From contig BDGG01000002.1 in the NCBI GenBank assembly GCA_001949185.1, positions 4,206,448-4,270,447 of the forward strand: a DNA stretch of 64,000 bases. Direction: 5' to 3'. How positions within the stretch are numbered: the first letter of the stretch is position 1; the number at the start of each line of letters is the position of its first letter. This DNA is from Ramazzottius varieornatus. Its lineage: Eukaryota; Animalia; Tardigrada. The notes beneath the pieces were generated by a model. The model had not been told where the DNA came from. It saw only the letters and a program-made list of their open reading frames with translations, and made no database searches. The translations under genes and the position numbers were made by a program. This document shows, piece by piece, positions 1 through 13,979 of this stretch.

Positions 1-1131
1 TAGTCGATCTCGGATTCGGCGTTGAATGCTCGTCGACGACTGTACTTGCTCTTTTTATCCGCTCTAAAAAGGAGTAAGGCATAAGGCGTGCGTTCAACTG
101 GAAAGATATTTCTCGCTACGCGTAATGTGCGTATTGACAAACTACGTCTACTGGACAAATTAATATAATTGATTCATGGACTTCCGGTCTGATGAACTTA
201 CTGAGATCTAACATCCGCAACAAGCTTTTCGATTGCTTCCGGGGAATCCTTGTGCTCGCCGTGGAGAATCGTGTTCGCGTTAGCGTAGAACCGTTCTCCC
301 CTAAATGAGAGAAGCAGATTTATATATAATGCTATGGCTATCTAATTTTGAGGGATTTTAAATGCACTATAGAAACGTACAACTCTTCTTTCTGTTGTTG
401 ATAACTCTCCATGTCAGGCTTGATCTGCTTGGTGAGGTTGTTATACTGTCTTATAGTGGAATCTTCGAAGGTGGAGAAGCCCATATCCGGATTCTTTTTT
501 CGTTTGTGCCGCACATCCTGAGCACTGGCTTCCGCCGCAGAGACCTCCAACACCTTCAGTCTGTCGTAATCCTGTCCTCCTTCCTCAGCCGCCTGGAAAT
601 GAAAATCACAGTTCAAAAAAAACTTCCACATAGATGCAATGCTACCCTGATAGCAGAGAAACATCCTGGGAAAGTATACGCAAAATTTCAGCGATATGAA
701 AACGAAGATGAAACCAACCTTGCGCTTCTCTGCATCGTTCAGTTTCCATTCTAGGCGCTCCCGTTTCGCTTCCCAGTTTGTTGGTAGCTTCTTACGGTAA
801 TCTTCCTCCACTACGTCTTTGTGGTTCAGGTTTCGTGCTTCGTTCTAAAAAGAGCAGAATGTTAGTTTAGAGTCAACACAGAGCGATGCTTTTCATGAGA
901 GGATGACTGATGTCAACAGTTCCGAAAAGAAATAACAGTACTCGCACGCGATCCACAATATCCTACCCGTTTCATGTGCAGCTCCCGTAACTTCTTCATC
1001 CGTTCATCGTGACGTGCTTTCGATGATATAGGGGTAGTGCTGCTGGTACAAGCGGAATTATCAACAGGAGCTGCGTTTTCGGGAACATTTCCGTCGGAGG
1101 TGCCGAGCTCACTCGTTGAAGGAGCATCCAT
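1..1131 (-). CDS. SYF2: Pre-mRNA splicing factor SYF2 (multi-exon, 3' end runs off the window)
   Basis: Spliced translation: ARHDERMKKLRELHMKR|NEARNLNHKDVVEEDYRKKLPTNWEAKRERLEW...GQDYDRLKVLEVSA...KKNPDMGFSTFEDSTIRQYNNLTKQIKPDMESY...YSRRRAFNAESEIDY. These are hallmark SYF2 motifs. Confidence 0.93.
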
Positions 1132-1752
1132 CTGACAGCGAGCTGTTCCTGAGTAGGGTGCGACGGTGTGTTCTGTAGGTACAGGGGAGGTTCAATGACG
1201 CCAGAGAATGGATGAGATATCTCGAGATGACGAACGAACGAGGTTAGAACTTGGAAGCCAGGGAAGAACTCAGAAAATAGATCGCAAGTTCGCAACAGTA
1301 AACATCACTGTTATCACATCACATGACATGACTTACCGTCATATCGTACTCTATGTATTACCGCTTATGTGCGCCGATGTCAGCGGACCCAGCGGGGTCA
1401 CTGGCAACGCCCAACGAGACTCTTTTCACGAGGCCACAGTAAAAGCAATCAGGACTAATAACTTTACAGCCTCGTTTGGCAGGCCATTTAGGTAAAGAGC
1501 CATAACTTATAATTTATAATCGCGGTAACCATAAACACCACGAAGTTCTTCGAAACCGCGTACCAAAGTATGCAGAAAACCCATCAGCGGTCTGTTCGCG
1601 CCTTTGATTAGGCGTTCAGTCTGACTCAGTCAAAAATTATAGCATACAGTGTAATCCCGTTAGTTATAGAATCGGGAGCGGTGTCAAAGAACGAACAAAT
1701 TTATCAATACTAATTATTAGTACCGAAACCCGAATGGGTACGTCGAAAAATA

Positions 1753-4405
1753 CTATCGGCTCGCAGCCAAGTCTTTCAAGCGAGCCTGACGAGTCTTCTC
1801 CATCCCGACAGCTTCCTCCCACCGCTCTTTTGTCAAAGTCTTCTCGCCATGGCTGATGCAAAGGTATCTGGCGAGTTCCAGTTGGTTATGCAGCTGTTCA
1901 CCTGACAAGGATCGATCCGACTTCCGGGTCTCCACGAATTCTTCCACAATCGCCTGCACACAGGTAGAAAACGAACCTTAGCATTCAGTTTACGATGAAG
2001 GGTAAGTTCCAACTATTCACCTGTCGCAAGCCCGTCGCTATTTCGTACTCTGCAAATTTAGCCATGACCAAATACTGCCGAATTCGCCACATGTCTTTTT
2101 CCGACAGTGTGTCCAGGTCTCTAAAATCGGCGCCAGTCAGGACATTGGAAGCCAGAGGAACGACGTAACGGCACTCGACCAAAGAACGACCCTGGCTCAG
2201 AACGAGGAGCGGAATGTCCATTCGGAAAGCCGCTTGCACTCCAAACTCGTAATCGAAGAGCAGCTCTTGATCCTTCGCCAGGCGCTGCAATGCCATCACA
2301 TTCCTCACGCCTGGAAAAAGAATTAGTTGGCGTTTGACATCTACTTGATTACCCATGTCCAACCGGTTTATTGAAAGATACTCTCAGCTTACCCGCATCG
2401 TTTAACGTTCCCGTCGTCATGCCGAGCTCGTCCAGCACAAGGTGAGTGTGCTTGGGAAGCTGCAAGAAACCAGGTTGAAGATCATGCTCCATGTCAGTCT
2501 GGCGTTCTTTGATTAGGGGAGCCATTCTAGAGCTGTTTAAGTTGGCGACCGTAAGACCGAAGGTTCTCAACTGGAAGGAAGTCAGGTTAGATTTTGCGGT
2601 CATCCGAATGTGATAATCAAGATACGGGAACTCGACAAGCAAATTCCACCAGGCCGTTCTTCCAAGTGGTACACGCTTCCAACAACACAGTGAAAACGTC
2701 CGCCACTTGAGAAACGATCTCGTTTGCCGAGCTCCCAATATTATTCCGGCCATCGAGCTCAGTTACAGCGGATGGTTACGAACCTGGGTGACGACATCTT
2801 CAACCTGTGAAAGTAACCTGCTTAGGAAAAGCGCATCCTCAGGTATGTCGATGACGTTCAACGAGAAATTCCCGATGGCCATGTCGGCGGTCCATGAATA
2901 TCTACCAAGTTAGTGTCGGATCACCATGTTCCAAGTTAGTATCGGAGCGTCAGCCGTGGACTGTGAGCAAGTTCAAACCATACTTACGTGGAAGAAAGCA
3001 GATACATAAGGATGTACTGAGTGGAAAGCTCGTCCCCTCGAAGACATCGTAGCAGTCGGTCAAAAAGAAGTTTCCTCGTGGAGTCGATGGACTGCTCTGT
3101 GGCAGCCAGTAGGGAAAGGTCTTCAAAATCCAAAATCATAATTATGGAGGATAACGAGAGAAGGTTAACAGTGATCGGCGAACGCCGAAACTAAGGCGAA
3201 GACTGTATGAGTACCCGCTTTCGCCAGCGGAAGGGCTGGATGGGCATGCGAGAGCTCTTCATACACGAGGACGCTCATCCTTATCTCCATAGACTTCTCA
3301 TCTCTAGCGGGAACCGCCTCGCCATCAACGTCGCCTGTGATATCGGCAGTGGATTTCTGAAGTGTTCCAAACAGCTCGATACTATCATTGATGCCGATAG
3401 CGGAGCCTGCGCCGGCAAACAGCTGCAATTAACAGCACAGATCAGACTTCCATTTTCGTAACCAGTTAGACTTTCTTCTGTCGAAGCGTACATACGTTTG
3501 CGATTACAGTGATATTGGCCCCAACTGCGTTCTCCTTGTCTTCCGCAAGAAGAGAGCCGAAGAGTCTGGTTTTCTGCTGCATTTCATCGTTCAGGGAGCA
3601 AACCCACTTTGCTTCAGCCGGAAGTGGAACACAACTAACTGAACGCATTTCTCGCAGACTGGATGGATCGCCTAACCCGACGACTGTTTCATTCTCCTGT
3701 AGAAAAGACCACCAAAATATCATAGAAAAACATCCGACCACTTTAAGCCCAGTGATGCTCACCAGAACTGGGACGGAGATTTTGAAAATGGAGCACACAT
3801 AATGAGTGTCCCCCGAAACTTCATTTCGGATATGGAGCATTGGCTGGTGATAACTCATCTGTTTCTCATCCTGCACCATGCATCGAAAACGCACTAAGAT
3901 ATTAGGAGAGAGAGCTTGCACTTCGTCTTTTGATAGTCCGTTGATGGAAGGAACCTACAGAACGGACAACCAATTGACCATCGAGAGTAAGCTGCATACC
4001 CGTTCAAAGAACACGGCGGTCGCACCAACAGTCGCATGCATTTCTTACCAAATAACGATAATCGAAGGTGCTACTTCGGAGCCTCTCCTGGAAAAATCTC
4101 TCCACCTCGGTACGTAGGCTTTCTGGATCATCACGGAATCTTGCCGTGTCTGAAGCTGCAGCGAACAGATCAAATAATTAAGGATGTTCAGTAAACTGCG
4201 AAGGTGCAACCTGCCAACTCCTGCGCCTTGTCCGAGTACTCTTCATGTGGAGTGGGAAATGTCAGAATTCGGCATCTGTCGTAAAACTGCGGAAACTGGT
4301 GGGGAAAAAACGAGAATAATGAAAGGAAAAAGAAGACTCACCGAAGATGCCATCCACAACAGTCAAAGGATCCAGAGCCCATTTCGGCGTAGAAGGTGCA
4401 GGCAT
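1753..4405 (-). CDS. MCMBP: Mini-chromosome maintenance complex-binding protein
   Basis: ATG at 4405 gives MPAPSTPKWALDPLTVVDGIF. Later exons give VPSINGLS..LSPNILVRFRCMVQD, LQPGFLQLPKHTHLVLDELGMTTGTLNDAGVRNVMALQRL and IVEEFVETRK..LHNQLELARYLCISHGEKTLTKERW. Confidence 0.9.
2663..2709. repeat. Dispersed palindromic repeat core (CAAGTGGCGCAC family), MCMBP intron
   Basis: caagtggtacac...gtccgccacttg with extended flanking inverted arms. Confidence 0.75.
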
Positions 4406-5258
4406 CGTGCAGTATTCTTGTGCGAAGAAGAATCAGAAGATCCGGTTAACGCACAGCCGACTTAGCTGCTGAAAGAATACCAGAGCAAGTGCAGATAACT
4501 TCCGGAAGACAGAAGAACTAGTAGCCGATCACGAGCCTCTGTCGAGGCCCGAGGGATTGAGGGAAGCACAATGAGATGCCACCAAAAATGAATCGCGAAA
4601 TTGCCATTCCAACCGGAAGTCCAACGGAACACTGGACACCTAGCCGAATCAGATGTCATAAAAGTGCTAAATCACATAATGTAAGTAGAGAAGTACGAGA
4701 ACGCATGCCAATTAGTTCAGATAAGTCGCGGCTCGAGACCCACCACACGCTGGGTTTTAAATTTTCAGTCGATGCGGACTGACACACATAGCTTGCTATC
4801 GTAAGGGCAATTACGTCACGCGGCCACGTTTTCTCGATACGTAAACGGATGGGTTGTTATACGTTTCATAAAGATTTTGGATTCCTCGTCATCGAGTCAC
4901 CAGTCGTCACTGTTCTGGAAAAACGCGTAACTGAGGTTACGCCTGACTGAGTAATCGTGATAACCCCCACTGAGGTATGTAGTGGATTCTGTCGACAATA
5001 CCTGTTGTGGATAGGAGGATCTGAAGAAGAGCATTCACACTGCGCAGGTAAGAAGCATCTTTAGTCTTCAGAGCTGATTAGGAGTTTTCTTCCCAGCTCC
5101 GTGGCCATTCTAATTTGTTGTTTTTCTTTCTTGTTTACGTGAAGTTTGTGACACGTTAAACTTATCAGTGTGTTCAGGGGGAAGATCCTCATCGTGCATC
5201 ACTTCGGACGGGCGAGAACTGAAACATTCTTCGATTGTAGCTTTTTCTAACTATCACC

Positions 5259-7502
5259 ATGTTACGCTGGATGAGATCAGATGGATCAGTGCGGAAGGAG
5301 CCCGAAGTCATCTCGTCCGTGGTGGACGGACTGAAGAAGTTGTACAGGAACACAATCTTGCCCTTGGAAGAACAGTACAAGTTCCATGAGTTCCACAGTC
5401 CCCAACTGGATGATCCTGACTTTGACGCGAAGCCCATGATCCTCCTCGTGGGACAATACTCTACTGGTAAAACCACCTTTATCCGTTACCTGATCGAACA
5501 AGATTTTCCGGGAATGAGGATTGGTCCTGAACCAACTACGGATGGTTTCATCGCGATCATGGGTGCTGACCAGGAAGGCGTCATCCCCGGAAACGCGCTG
5601 GTGGTCGATCCAAAACGACAGTTCAGAAAACTCAGTAAATTTGGGAATAATTTCCTCAATCGCTTCCAGTGTAGTTTAGTCAACAGCCCCGTCTTGGACA
5701 GCGTGACATTCGTCGACACTCCAGGTAAGACATATTCTGAATTATTTCCGAATATACATGAGACGCGAGAGACCGGCATACAGAGCAGGCCTGTTTTTCA
5801 GACATCTGCATACTCACAGACCAGAGCTGGCGGCCCATTGTGTGCATGCAGGTGGATGAAAGATCGGTTTCTTCGTATGTGTGTTCGTCGCTGTGACTCC
5901 TCACTGTCTGTTTTTTGGCAGCTGAGTCCTTCTGAGCGATTTCAGGCCGCGGTTACGTGAAAGTATACTCTAATTTTAATTTTTTAAACGTTTTTCTCCA
6001 GGTATTTTGAGTGGGGAGAAACAACGCATCGACCGCGGTTATGAATTTACTGGGGTTCTTGAATGGTTTGCTGAGCGTGTGGACCGCATTGTGTTGCTTT
6101 TCGACGCCCATAAGCTGGACATTAGCGATGAGTTTCGTCGAGCCATCGAGGCATTGAGAGGACACGATGACAAAATTCGTATTGTTCTGAACAAAGCGGA
6201 CATGGTTGATCATCAGCAGCTGATGCGCGTTTACGGTGCCTTGATGTGGTCCTTGGGCAAAGTGCTCAACACACCCGAAGTCGCCAGGGTGTACATTGGC
6301 TCATTCTGGGACCATCCCCTTCATAACGACTCAAACAGACGCTTGTTCGAAGCCGAGGAAGTGGACTTGTTCCGTGACATTCAAAGCTTGCCACGAAATG
6401 CCGCGTTGAGGAAACTGAATGACCTGATCAAACGTGCGCGCCTCGCCAAGGTACACATTTACGTATTCTTTTCAGTCTTATAGTCCTGTCTGAACTTTAA
6501 AGGTGGTCTTAGTGACTTTCGAGTCAGCGCATGTAAAGAAACTGTACCGACTAGACGACGCAGCAAAGTAGGATTACAACTTGCGAGTTTGTGACCGTTA
6601 TAGCATTGTGACTTGTATGGCACGTTGTCGTGTCCGCAGCGTGGCGCTGCGTGGTTAACAGGTACAGCTGTCTTTTATGGCGTGAGCTCACAACGCGCTA
6701 ATCCATCAAAAACTGGATTGTCTTGGTCGACTGCCTTTGTCGTTAACCTGCTTGCTTTCTCACATTTTCCTCTTGGTTGTAGGTGCATGCTTACATCATC
6801 AGTGCCTTAAAGAAAGAAATGCCGGCTGTTTTTGGTAAAGACAGCAAGAAGAAAGAGCTGATCGACAATCTGGGGCAGATCTACGCCCAAATCCAGAAAG
6901 AACACAACATTTCACCCGGTGACTTCCCCAACTTGCCGCGCATGCAGGAGTCTTTACGCAATCAGAACTTTGAGAAGTTCCACGTTCTGAACCCCAAGCT
7001 AATACAAAGAGTAGATCGTATGTTAGCCGAAGAGATTGCCGTGCTGATGAACATGATCAGTATGGAAGAGTCGAGGCAGACACAAGACCCAATCGTCAAA
7101 GGCGGAGCTTTCGATGGTCTGACCAAGTCACCCTTCGGTGTGGGCTACGGCGAAGGAGCCAACGCTGGTCAAGACGCCCCGGAATGGATCGTGGGCAAGG
7201 ACAAGTATAAGTACGACGAGGTCTTCTACCTGTTGAATCCGGTCGATGGCAAGATCACGGGCGCGGCAGCCAAGCAGGAAATGATCAAGTCCAAACTACC
7301 CAACTCGGTCCTTGGGAAGATTTGGAAGTTGGCCGATGTGGACAAGGATGGTATGCTGGATGTGGAAGAGTGGGCGCTGGCTAACCATCTGATCAGAATC
7401 AAACTGGAGGGAAACGAGCTACCGACAGAGCTCCCGACACATTTGTATCCGCCTTCGAAGACTGATAAGATTTATCCGCGTATGGGCAACGGCGAAGGAT
7501 AA
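5259..7502 (+). CDS. EHD1: EH domain-containing protein (EHD1/Past1 family), 3 coding exons
   Basis: P-loop [20 protein letters not shown]|ILSGEKQR and NKAD motifs. C-terminal EH domain ([25 protein letters not shown]). GT-AG introns ~5725-6001 and ~6451-6782. Confidence 0.97.
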
Positions 7503-7797
7503 ACGGTTTGTTTTCTTAGCTTTCCATTCGGTTTACTACAGCTATTTATATTTTCTATCAAAGACGATTATCTTTGCTCGGATCATTCATCGTAATCTTT
7601 ACGCTTGCGCGATTCTTCTGTTAGATTTGGTTATTCCATTGATCGTTTTCGTTGTATCGTGAAATTGTGAAGAGTGCGGGACCTGCGGGTGACTTGCCAA
7701 GACAGTAATTCAAACTCCCAGTGAAGACACGCGAAAATCGAGCCAGAGCTGAATATCAAAGACAGATACCAGAAGGTGTATGCACAAGGAAGCATTG

Positions 7798-8715
7798 TTA
7801 TCTTTGGAGAGGAAACAGTACTCGGCTCCCCGCGAAAGACTCTTCAGTATTCGCTTCGTCCGAAGATTCAGAGTCGTTGTCGGAATCTTCTGAGTCTTCC
7901 GATGAATCTAAGTGGGACGGACCACCACGGTTTAGATTCGGTGACAAGTCGGAATAGTCCTCTTCGCTGCCTTCGTCGTCGTCAGATTCAAGGATCCCGA
8001 GCTTGAGGGGTGTCGTTTCAGGTTCTATTCTCCCCTCTGTCGGTGCCGGACTTTCTTTCGGGCCGGTACTAAATCCTTCTGGCCTGAGAAGAATCGCTAT
8101 TTGCGGTTGTGTTTACAGTGGACGAACAACAGAGACTGAACTGACACATAAGCGAAACGAGCGTAGACTACTGGTATAATAAATTATATAGAATCTAATC
8201 AGAATCATATACAGTAGTAGATAACCAGTACCTCGTACGTACCATTTTCCTTCGGACGCAATATATGCAATCTGTTGCTTTGTGCGTATTATGTTGACGA
8301 TTTCTCCTTTCACTCGATCACCTTCTGATATCGGTTCGACAAGGACAAAGTCACCTACACAGAAAAGAAATAATGTGATTATACCGTGCTCGCCATATGA
8401 TATTGTCTGCTCAATTACTACGAAACGACATGACAACGTACCTCTCTTGATCCAGACAGTCTTGCGGAACTTAGGAGGCATGCTAACCAAGTATATCTCG
8501 CCTGACGAAGTCTCCACCTCGTGCAGGTTGTTTCCTCGTGGCCCCACAATCTTTAAAGAGCATTCAAAAGAACTAAACTATACAAAAAGTCGTATGAAGC
8601 AGATGAACCAGAATGATCTTACGCGAACTATTTCCTGTTTCCGCTCCTCGTCAGGTAGCACATAACCATCGAGAAATTCTTGAGACACCAGTTTCCGTTT
8701 CGTAGCTTCGGACAT
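7798..8715 (-). CDS. EIF1AD: Probable RNA-binding protein EIF1AD (eIF1A domain)
   Basis: MSEATKRKLV...IVGPRGNNLHEVET..YLVSMPPKFRKTVWIKR|GDFVLVEPISEGDRVKGEIV..GKW|PEGF, followed by an acidic tail ending in TAA at 7798-7800. Confidence 0.93.
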
Positions 8716-9208
8716 GATTGTTCTGTAGAAGTCCCGGAATAACAGTCAGAATGGAACTGCTCGACAAATCCCGGGATACCAGCGCCTGCTCCGGGATTGC
8801 GGATATCTGGATTATTGACACGCTCTTCGCGGGTTGTAAGGTTGCTCGCTAATCGGTCCACTTGTGCCAAAAGACTGCTACTCCACTTGGAATTTCTCCT
8901 CCACAGTGATCCTGCTAGAAATGGAACGACGAATGATAGCGATATTAGTATTATGGCAACTATAAGGAATGAAAGAAATCGAAATAGCGACTGGCGAGAT
9001 TCGATCATTCCGGCAGAGTGTGATGTCATTTCCGGTGTCATTCAGTGATGTCACAGCGACTCTTGCCCCTCTGCACTTGCTGACAGCGGGGTGGCTTTGT
9101 TTTCAGTTCTTTTCTGTCTTCTCCTGTGTAGCATTCACGTTGTTCTCCTCCAAGATCTTATGTACTCGAGTAGGAAGCTGGACGACGGCTAATGTTTGTC
9201 ACTGTGCC

Positions 9209-10138
9209 ATGGACGATAGCCTAAACGATGGAAAGAAAGGGAAGAAAGAAGATAAGGGCAAGGATGAGCAGGTAAGGGTATTTTCTTCGAGCTTCGTAAT
9301 GTAATTTCTTCCATAGTTCTTCCTTGCCTGAGTTTCTTTTCCTTTATCTGCTAGTGGCTGAATTAGAGGTTAACTGATACTTCTTCACCGTAGATGCTTC
9401 GAGCTGCTGTCCACTACATCATCTACAAGATCTCTGAAGAAGTCGCATCGACCACCAACGTAAAATTTACGAAGGATGTCATCGCCAGTCTTGCCAATCA
9501 TTTCTACCGCGTAAACGCGAACTCAGTCTTGATCCTGTTTGTGTACCTCTCCCCGAAGCACGTTTGACCTCTTGGACTCTTTCTACAGGATTTTGCTACT
9601 CGCGGCCGCGATCTCGAACATTTCGCAAGGTAGTACAGTGTTTGCTCTGAGCTGACAAACGGTGATTTTTCCGAAAGCGCCTGACATCGCAGAATACGTT
9701 CCCGGGTTTCTGACGTCATGCGGGAATTTGATCAGTAATGGCAGTGCATCTTTTCAAACACTTTTTTTAAAGTGGTTTCCTGGTGTTTTTGTTTTCAGAC
9801 ATGCCAAGCGCTCTAAAATTCAGCCTGACGATGTTCGGCTAATGTACCGCAACTGCCCCGATATCGTTGCACAAGCAGACGTGGCTCTTACGAAGAATGA
9901 GAAAGAAAAGCAAGAAGCGAAAGCAGCCAGCAAACCGAAGAGTAAAGTTGGCCGACTGAACTCCGAAGAACTGTCCAATTCCAGAGAGCCGTCGGTGGAG
10001 GCTGAGCTGGAGGACAAGAATGCACACGACGGGGAAGATGGGGCGGAAGGCGAGAAAGATCCGGCACAGGATGTTGATCGACTTAACGATCCTGAGCCCG
10101 TGGCGCACGACTTTATGGACATTGAATCCGACTTTTGA
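9209..10138 (+). CDS. CENPS: Centromere protein S / MHF1 histone-fold protein with acidic C-tail
   Basis: LRAAVHYIIYKISEEV..KFTKDVIASL..RDLEHFAR|HAKRSKIQPDDVRLMYRN matches the CENP-S histone fold. Four exons. Confidence 0.88.
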
Positions 10139-10196
10139 CTTTTCGTATTTGTGGTCCTTCATGTAGCAGAGAGTTCCGAAGAGTATTCCAGGATTA

Positions 10197-10350
10197 CTGT
10201 AGTGCTACCAAATTATCGCGCACTCAACCACGTGATGAGCCATGGTTGGCCGATTGATCAGATGTTATCACTGTAACGTCGATGACTCTCACCCGGGCAT
10301 CGTTTACTGTTCACGTGGTTTGAGTGCGCCATAATCTGGTAGCACTACAG
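10197..10350. mobile_element. MITE, ~154 bp, TA target-site duplication
   Basis: ~40-bp imperfect TIRs (CTGTAGTGCTACCAAATTATCGCGCACTCAACCACGTGA ... TCACGTGGTTTGAGTGCGCCATAATCTGGTAGCACTACAG) with TA on both sides. Confidence 0.85.
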
Positions 10351-10418
10351 TATATTCTGGACAAATAGCAGTAACAATACTACTTAGCATCGTTTCGAAA
10401 TTATCTCAACCCGCAGAG

Positions 10419-13293
10419 CTAGACAGCAACATCTGAAGTCGACGGATTCTTGCATTTGTACGCGGACTTCCACACTTCCGAAAGGCAAACACTGCGATAA
10501 ATCAAATAGGAAGTCACAGGTAAGTATGTGCAGAACAAAACTAGTTGATTTCGTACAACATCCGATCATGAGATTTTCGGGGGACCTCACCTGGAATGAA
10601 ATCTGTAGAAGATCATCAAAGGCATCGAAGCACGCGTTATCATGGTCCACTGCAAAACAGAGAGACGTAGATGAACCACAACGCAGAACGCACTTGCCTA
10701 TGCGATTCGTACCGCGGCTGTTCCATAAAACGTCAACTGCTGTGGATAGAGCTGTTGCCGCCAAGCTTCCAGGGAATCGATAGCCCATAAGCTAACATTA
10801 CACACCAGTAGAAATGTGACGAGCTGTCTTCCAGGTTTTCTTTCGACATGTTTAGCGTTAGTGGTGACTCTTCTAGTGGCGTCCAACAGGAACAACGTCT
10901 GGATCGTAGACTGTAAGGTTTCCAGACAAGCCGCAACTATACCGGTTATTCCTTCCCATGTTGGCTCTTTGCTGAGCGTATGATGAACGGATATGATTAT
11001 ATACGCTGGAAGAACGTAGCTTCCCATCTGGGATATGACGAGAAGTGTATCGTCAAGCCGTGATCCAGATTCGCACTCGAACTTGAGAGACCTTATACGC
11101 CAAAAGGCCAACACGACCGCTATGAGGGTCGTCGAGTACAGAAGGATCTCCAGGCAGTTAGCTTGAAGAACGGCTGTTCTGTAGTAGAAGTCTTCGGGAT
11201 TCCATATCCATACAAAGAACAAGATCATACTGGAAAGGAACAATATAGGTTGTCCACGGAGAAGAATCCAGCAAAGAGGCGCAAACCTGATCATGGTGAG
11301 GAGCACCAACCCAGTGCCGAAGAAGAGCCCGATAGTGGCGCCCTCACAGTCCACTCTGTATTGCATGTGGGTCTTTTTGGCCTTTTGCCGGATACCGTCC
11401 TGCACATTCTCCAGTACGGTCTTCCGGTCGAGATCCAGGTTTTGCCATCGGATATAAATCAGAGCGGCACTAATCAGACTACTTTCCACAATGCAGGGAT
11501 ACAACACCGGGTTGAGGTACTGCAGTATCTGACCAAGGGACGTGGCTGTTCGGCAGGAAGGGGACGATATGTCGCTAGCGTTGAGGAACGAGGCGAACGC
11601 CACTCGAGCGGCTTTGGCGTAGTAGAAGAGCTTCTTGGAGTGGAAGTCGCCAATGGAAGAATTGTGGGGTAACTGTATGGTGTGGTTGTGGGGAAACGGG
11701 TCGTGGTAGCCGGGTGGCCGAATCGTTTCCGGATCAAAAACTGTAAATAAAAGCTCGGTTATACAACCGATCAGTTGGAAGTTGAGACATACGTGCCAAG
11801 TTTTGTACCGGGGGCCATACAGTAAAACATCATTCATGGCCCACGGTACAAAACTTGGCACGTATGTCCCAACAGACGAGTAGTTTAAAGTAATACTCTG
11901 TCCGACAGCGAGAATTTCCGTTCAGAAATCTCTCCACTGCACAGAAAAATAGTACGACCTGCAGTTTCCAGCTCGTGTCGAGTCTCATCAATCAGCACGC
12001 CCAGCCAGATGCAGATGTTCGTCGCCAACATCTGTAAATAACAGCAGCATGTTGTCCCGCGACCTAGTTCTTTCTTAGTCCCCCCGCAAAACTGAAGTTC
12101 ATTTATTGCGTAAGCTTACAACGTACATGCATGAGTCCGAATCGCGCAAGAGCTCCCAGGCGTCCTCGACGAACCTACGAATGTTGATCGGTTGATTATC
12201 CCTGTTCGGGATAGCCGTAGGAGATGCCTCGAGCTTCCGACTTACCCGAGTGTTTACAAAAATAAAGTACAGCTGGTAGAAGTAAAACAGCAGCCGGAAG
12301 ACCGATGTGAAGTTAAAAAATTCTTGGTGGCAGTGGTGGACGTGCTGAAGCAAGTGCATTTCGATACCTTGCCCAAGCTCCAGACTGGAATACAGCATTG
12401 CGCCGATCCCGAACAACAGCGCCCCCTGCAAAATATCGAACAAGGAATACAGTGCGTAATAATATACAGTACTTTGTTGAAACTTTCGTGGGAAAGCAAC
12501 CCATACCGCGCGTAGATAGAAGCTTCCGGTCTGTCGTACGCTGTATCCTTCCATCTCCTCGTTATTCATGGGAGAGTCCACATCTCCCCGGTCACGCTCA
12601 CGGGAAGTGCTCAGCTGAAGGCACCTTGGCGTCACATGAGCTCTCGTCCTTCTCCTCCAGCAGTTGCTGGTGTAGACAGTCATGAGGAACAGGAGTGAAA
12701 GTCCGTAGAGGTAAATGTGAAAGCCCTAAACGATTCGTCCATGCATAAAATCCCACTCGATTAAGCTTCTGGAATACGGACCACAGCCTTGTGGACCATT
12801 TGATGGAAAACACAAGGGAGTACTTTGATAAACCTGGTAATAAAAAGGCGTGACTTCCAGGGCGATAATTTCGGACAACGCAAAAGCTGTCCCGAGGACG
12901 ATGGCCACCAGACAGTACAAGCAACTAAGGTTCCTCCATAGATAGTCCCTGGAAAATAAAGAAAAGTACCATCATAATTTACGATATACACTACATGACG
13001 CAAACATTTTGTTTCTCAATGGTTCCCTCTCGATACATGGATCTATCTCGGCCGGCTTCGTTCGAGGAACTGCCACGCAAATTTCTCAAGGTTGGGTCAG
13101 CAGGTTCCTTGTCCAAGATCACGGGTTTTGGGATAGGTTTATTCGGAGGCCGTAACGGTGTGGCCGGTCCGATGTCTTCGTGGACGTCTTCGAAATATTC
13201 GCTGGCAGAGCGCACGATGGGGGCTTTCCTGACATATCGGAACAAAGGCTCGTCCACCTCGAGGTTCTTGCGGAAAATAGCTGGACTTCCCAT
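10419..13293 (-). CDS. Otopetrin-family proton channel
   Basis: Multi-TM spliced protein with QTGSFYLR, GALLFGIG, LYPCIVESSLI, VDCEGATIGLFFG, KPGRQLVTFLLVCNVSLW and MPLMIFYRFHS|SVCLSEVWK otopetrin motifs. The start codon is tentative. Confidence 0.9.
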
Positions 13294-13979
13294 TTTGGTT
13301 TCTCCGTCATACCATTACAATAACCCAAGTACAAAGGCTGGACATCCCCAAGCACCAAGTCTGGAGATTTCACTGAATAAATGTGCACGGAGAAGTCCCG
13401 TTGTATTGACAGGAAGTTGCAAACACGCACACTGGGGGAAGCCAAGTGTACGGCTCATTAGACAGAGACCGTACGTCAAAGTTTTTAACTTTTGACAACA
13501 GTCTCATACTGTAACAGCCTTTATCCCCCACATACTGCCGTCAAACGTCGCGTGTGAACCGGTTCTCCGACTGTTATAAAAAAACGTGAGACTTTTCAAG
13601 CAGTCAACTCTTGTTATGTTGACGCTGACTTCGACCTCGCTGAGGGCAGTGCAATGACGCAAGTTTTCTTCGATCGAAACGGAAGATTGAAGAAGTCAAA
13701 TGGTGGTGGTAATGAGCCTGGTTAGTGTGGCACTAAATGCTTCTGTCTGTTGTTGTCGTTGTCAACTGCGCGACTTGACCGGAGAAAGTATACGGTGGTT
13801 CAAACCGCATTCTAGGCGAGCGGAAAATTCAACAACACGTACTTTGTCAAAATTTGCGCTTTTGAATATTTGGGACGCGACATGCCTGTTTAAGAAATTT
13901 TATTAATCTAAATGCGAGCACTTTGGTTGGAGGACCACGTACCGCTCGAACAAATTACAAAGCGCGGTAGTCGTATAGT

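Noticed and set aside
8628-9041. 137-aa ORF with a hydrophobic stretch upstream of EIF1AD
   Set aside because: It overlaps the EIF1AD first exon out of frame and the shared promoter, with no recognisable family.
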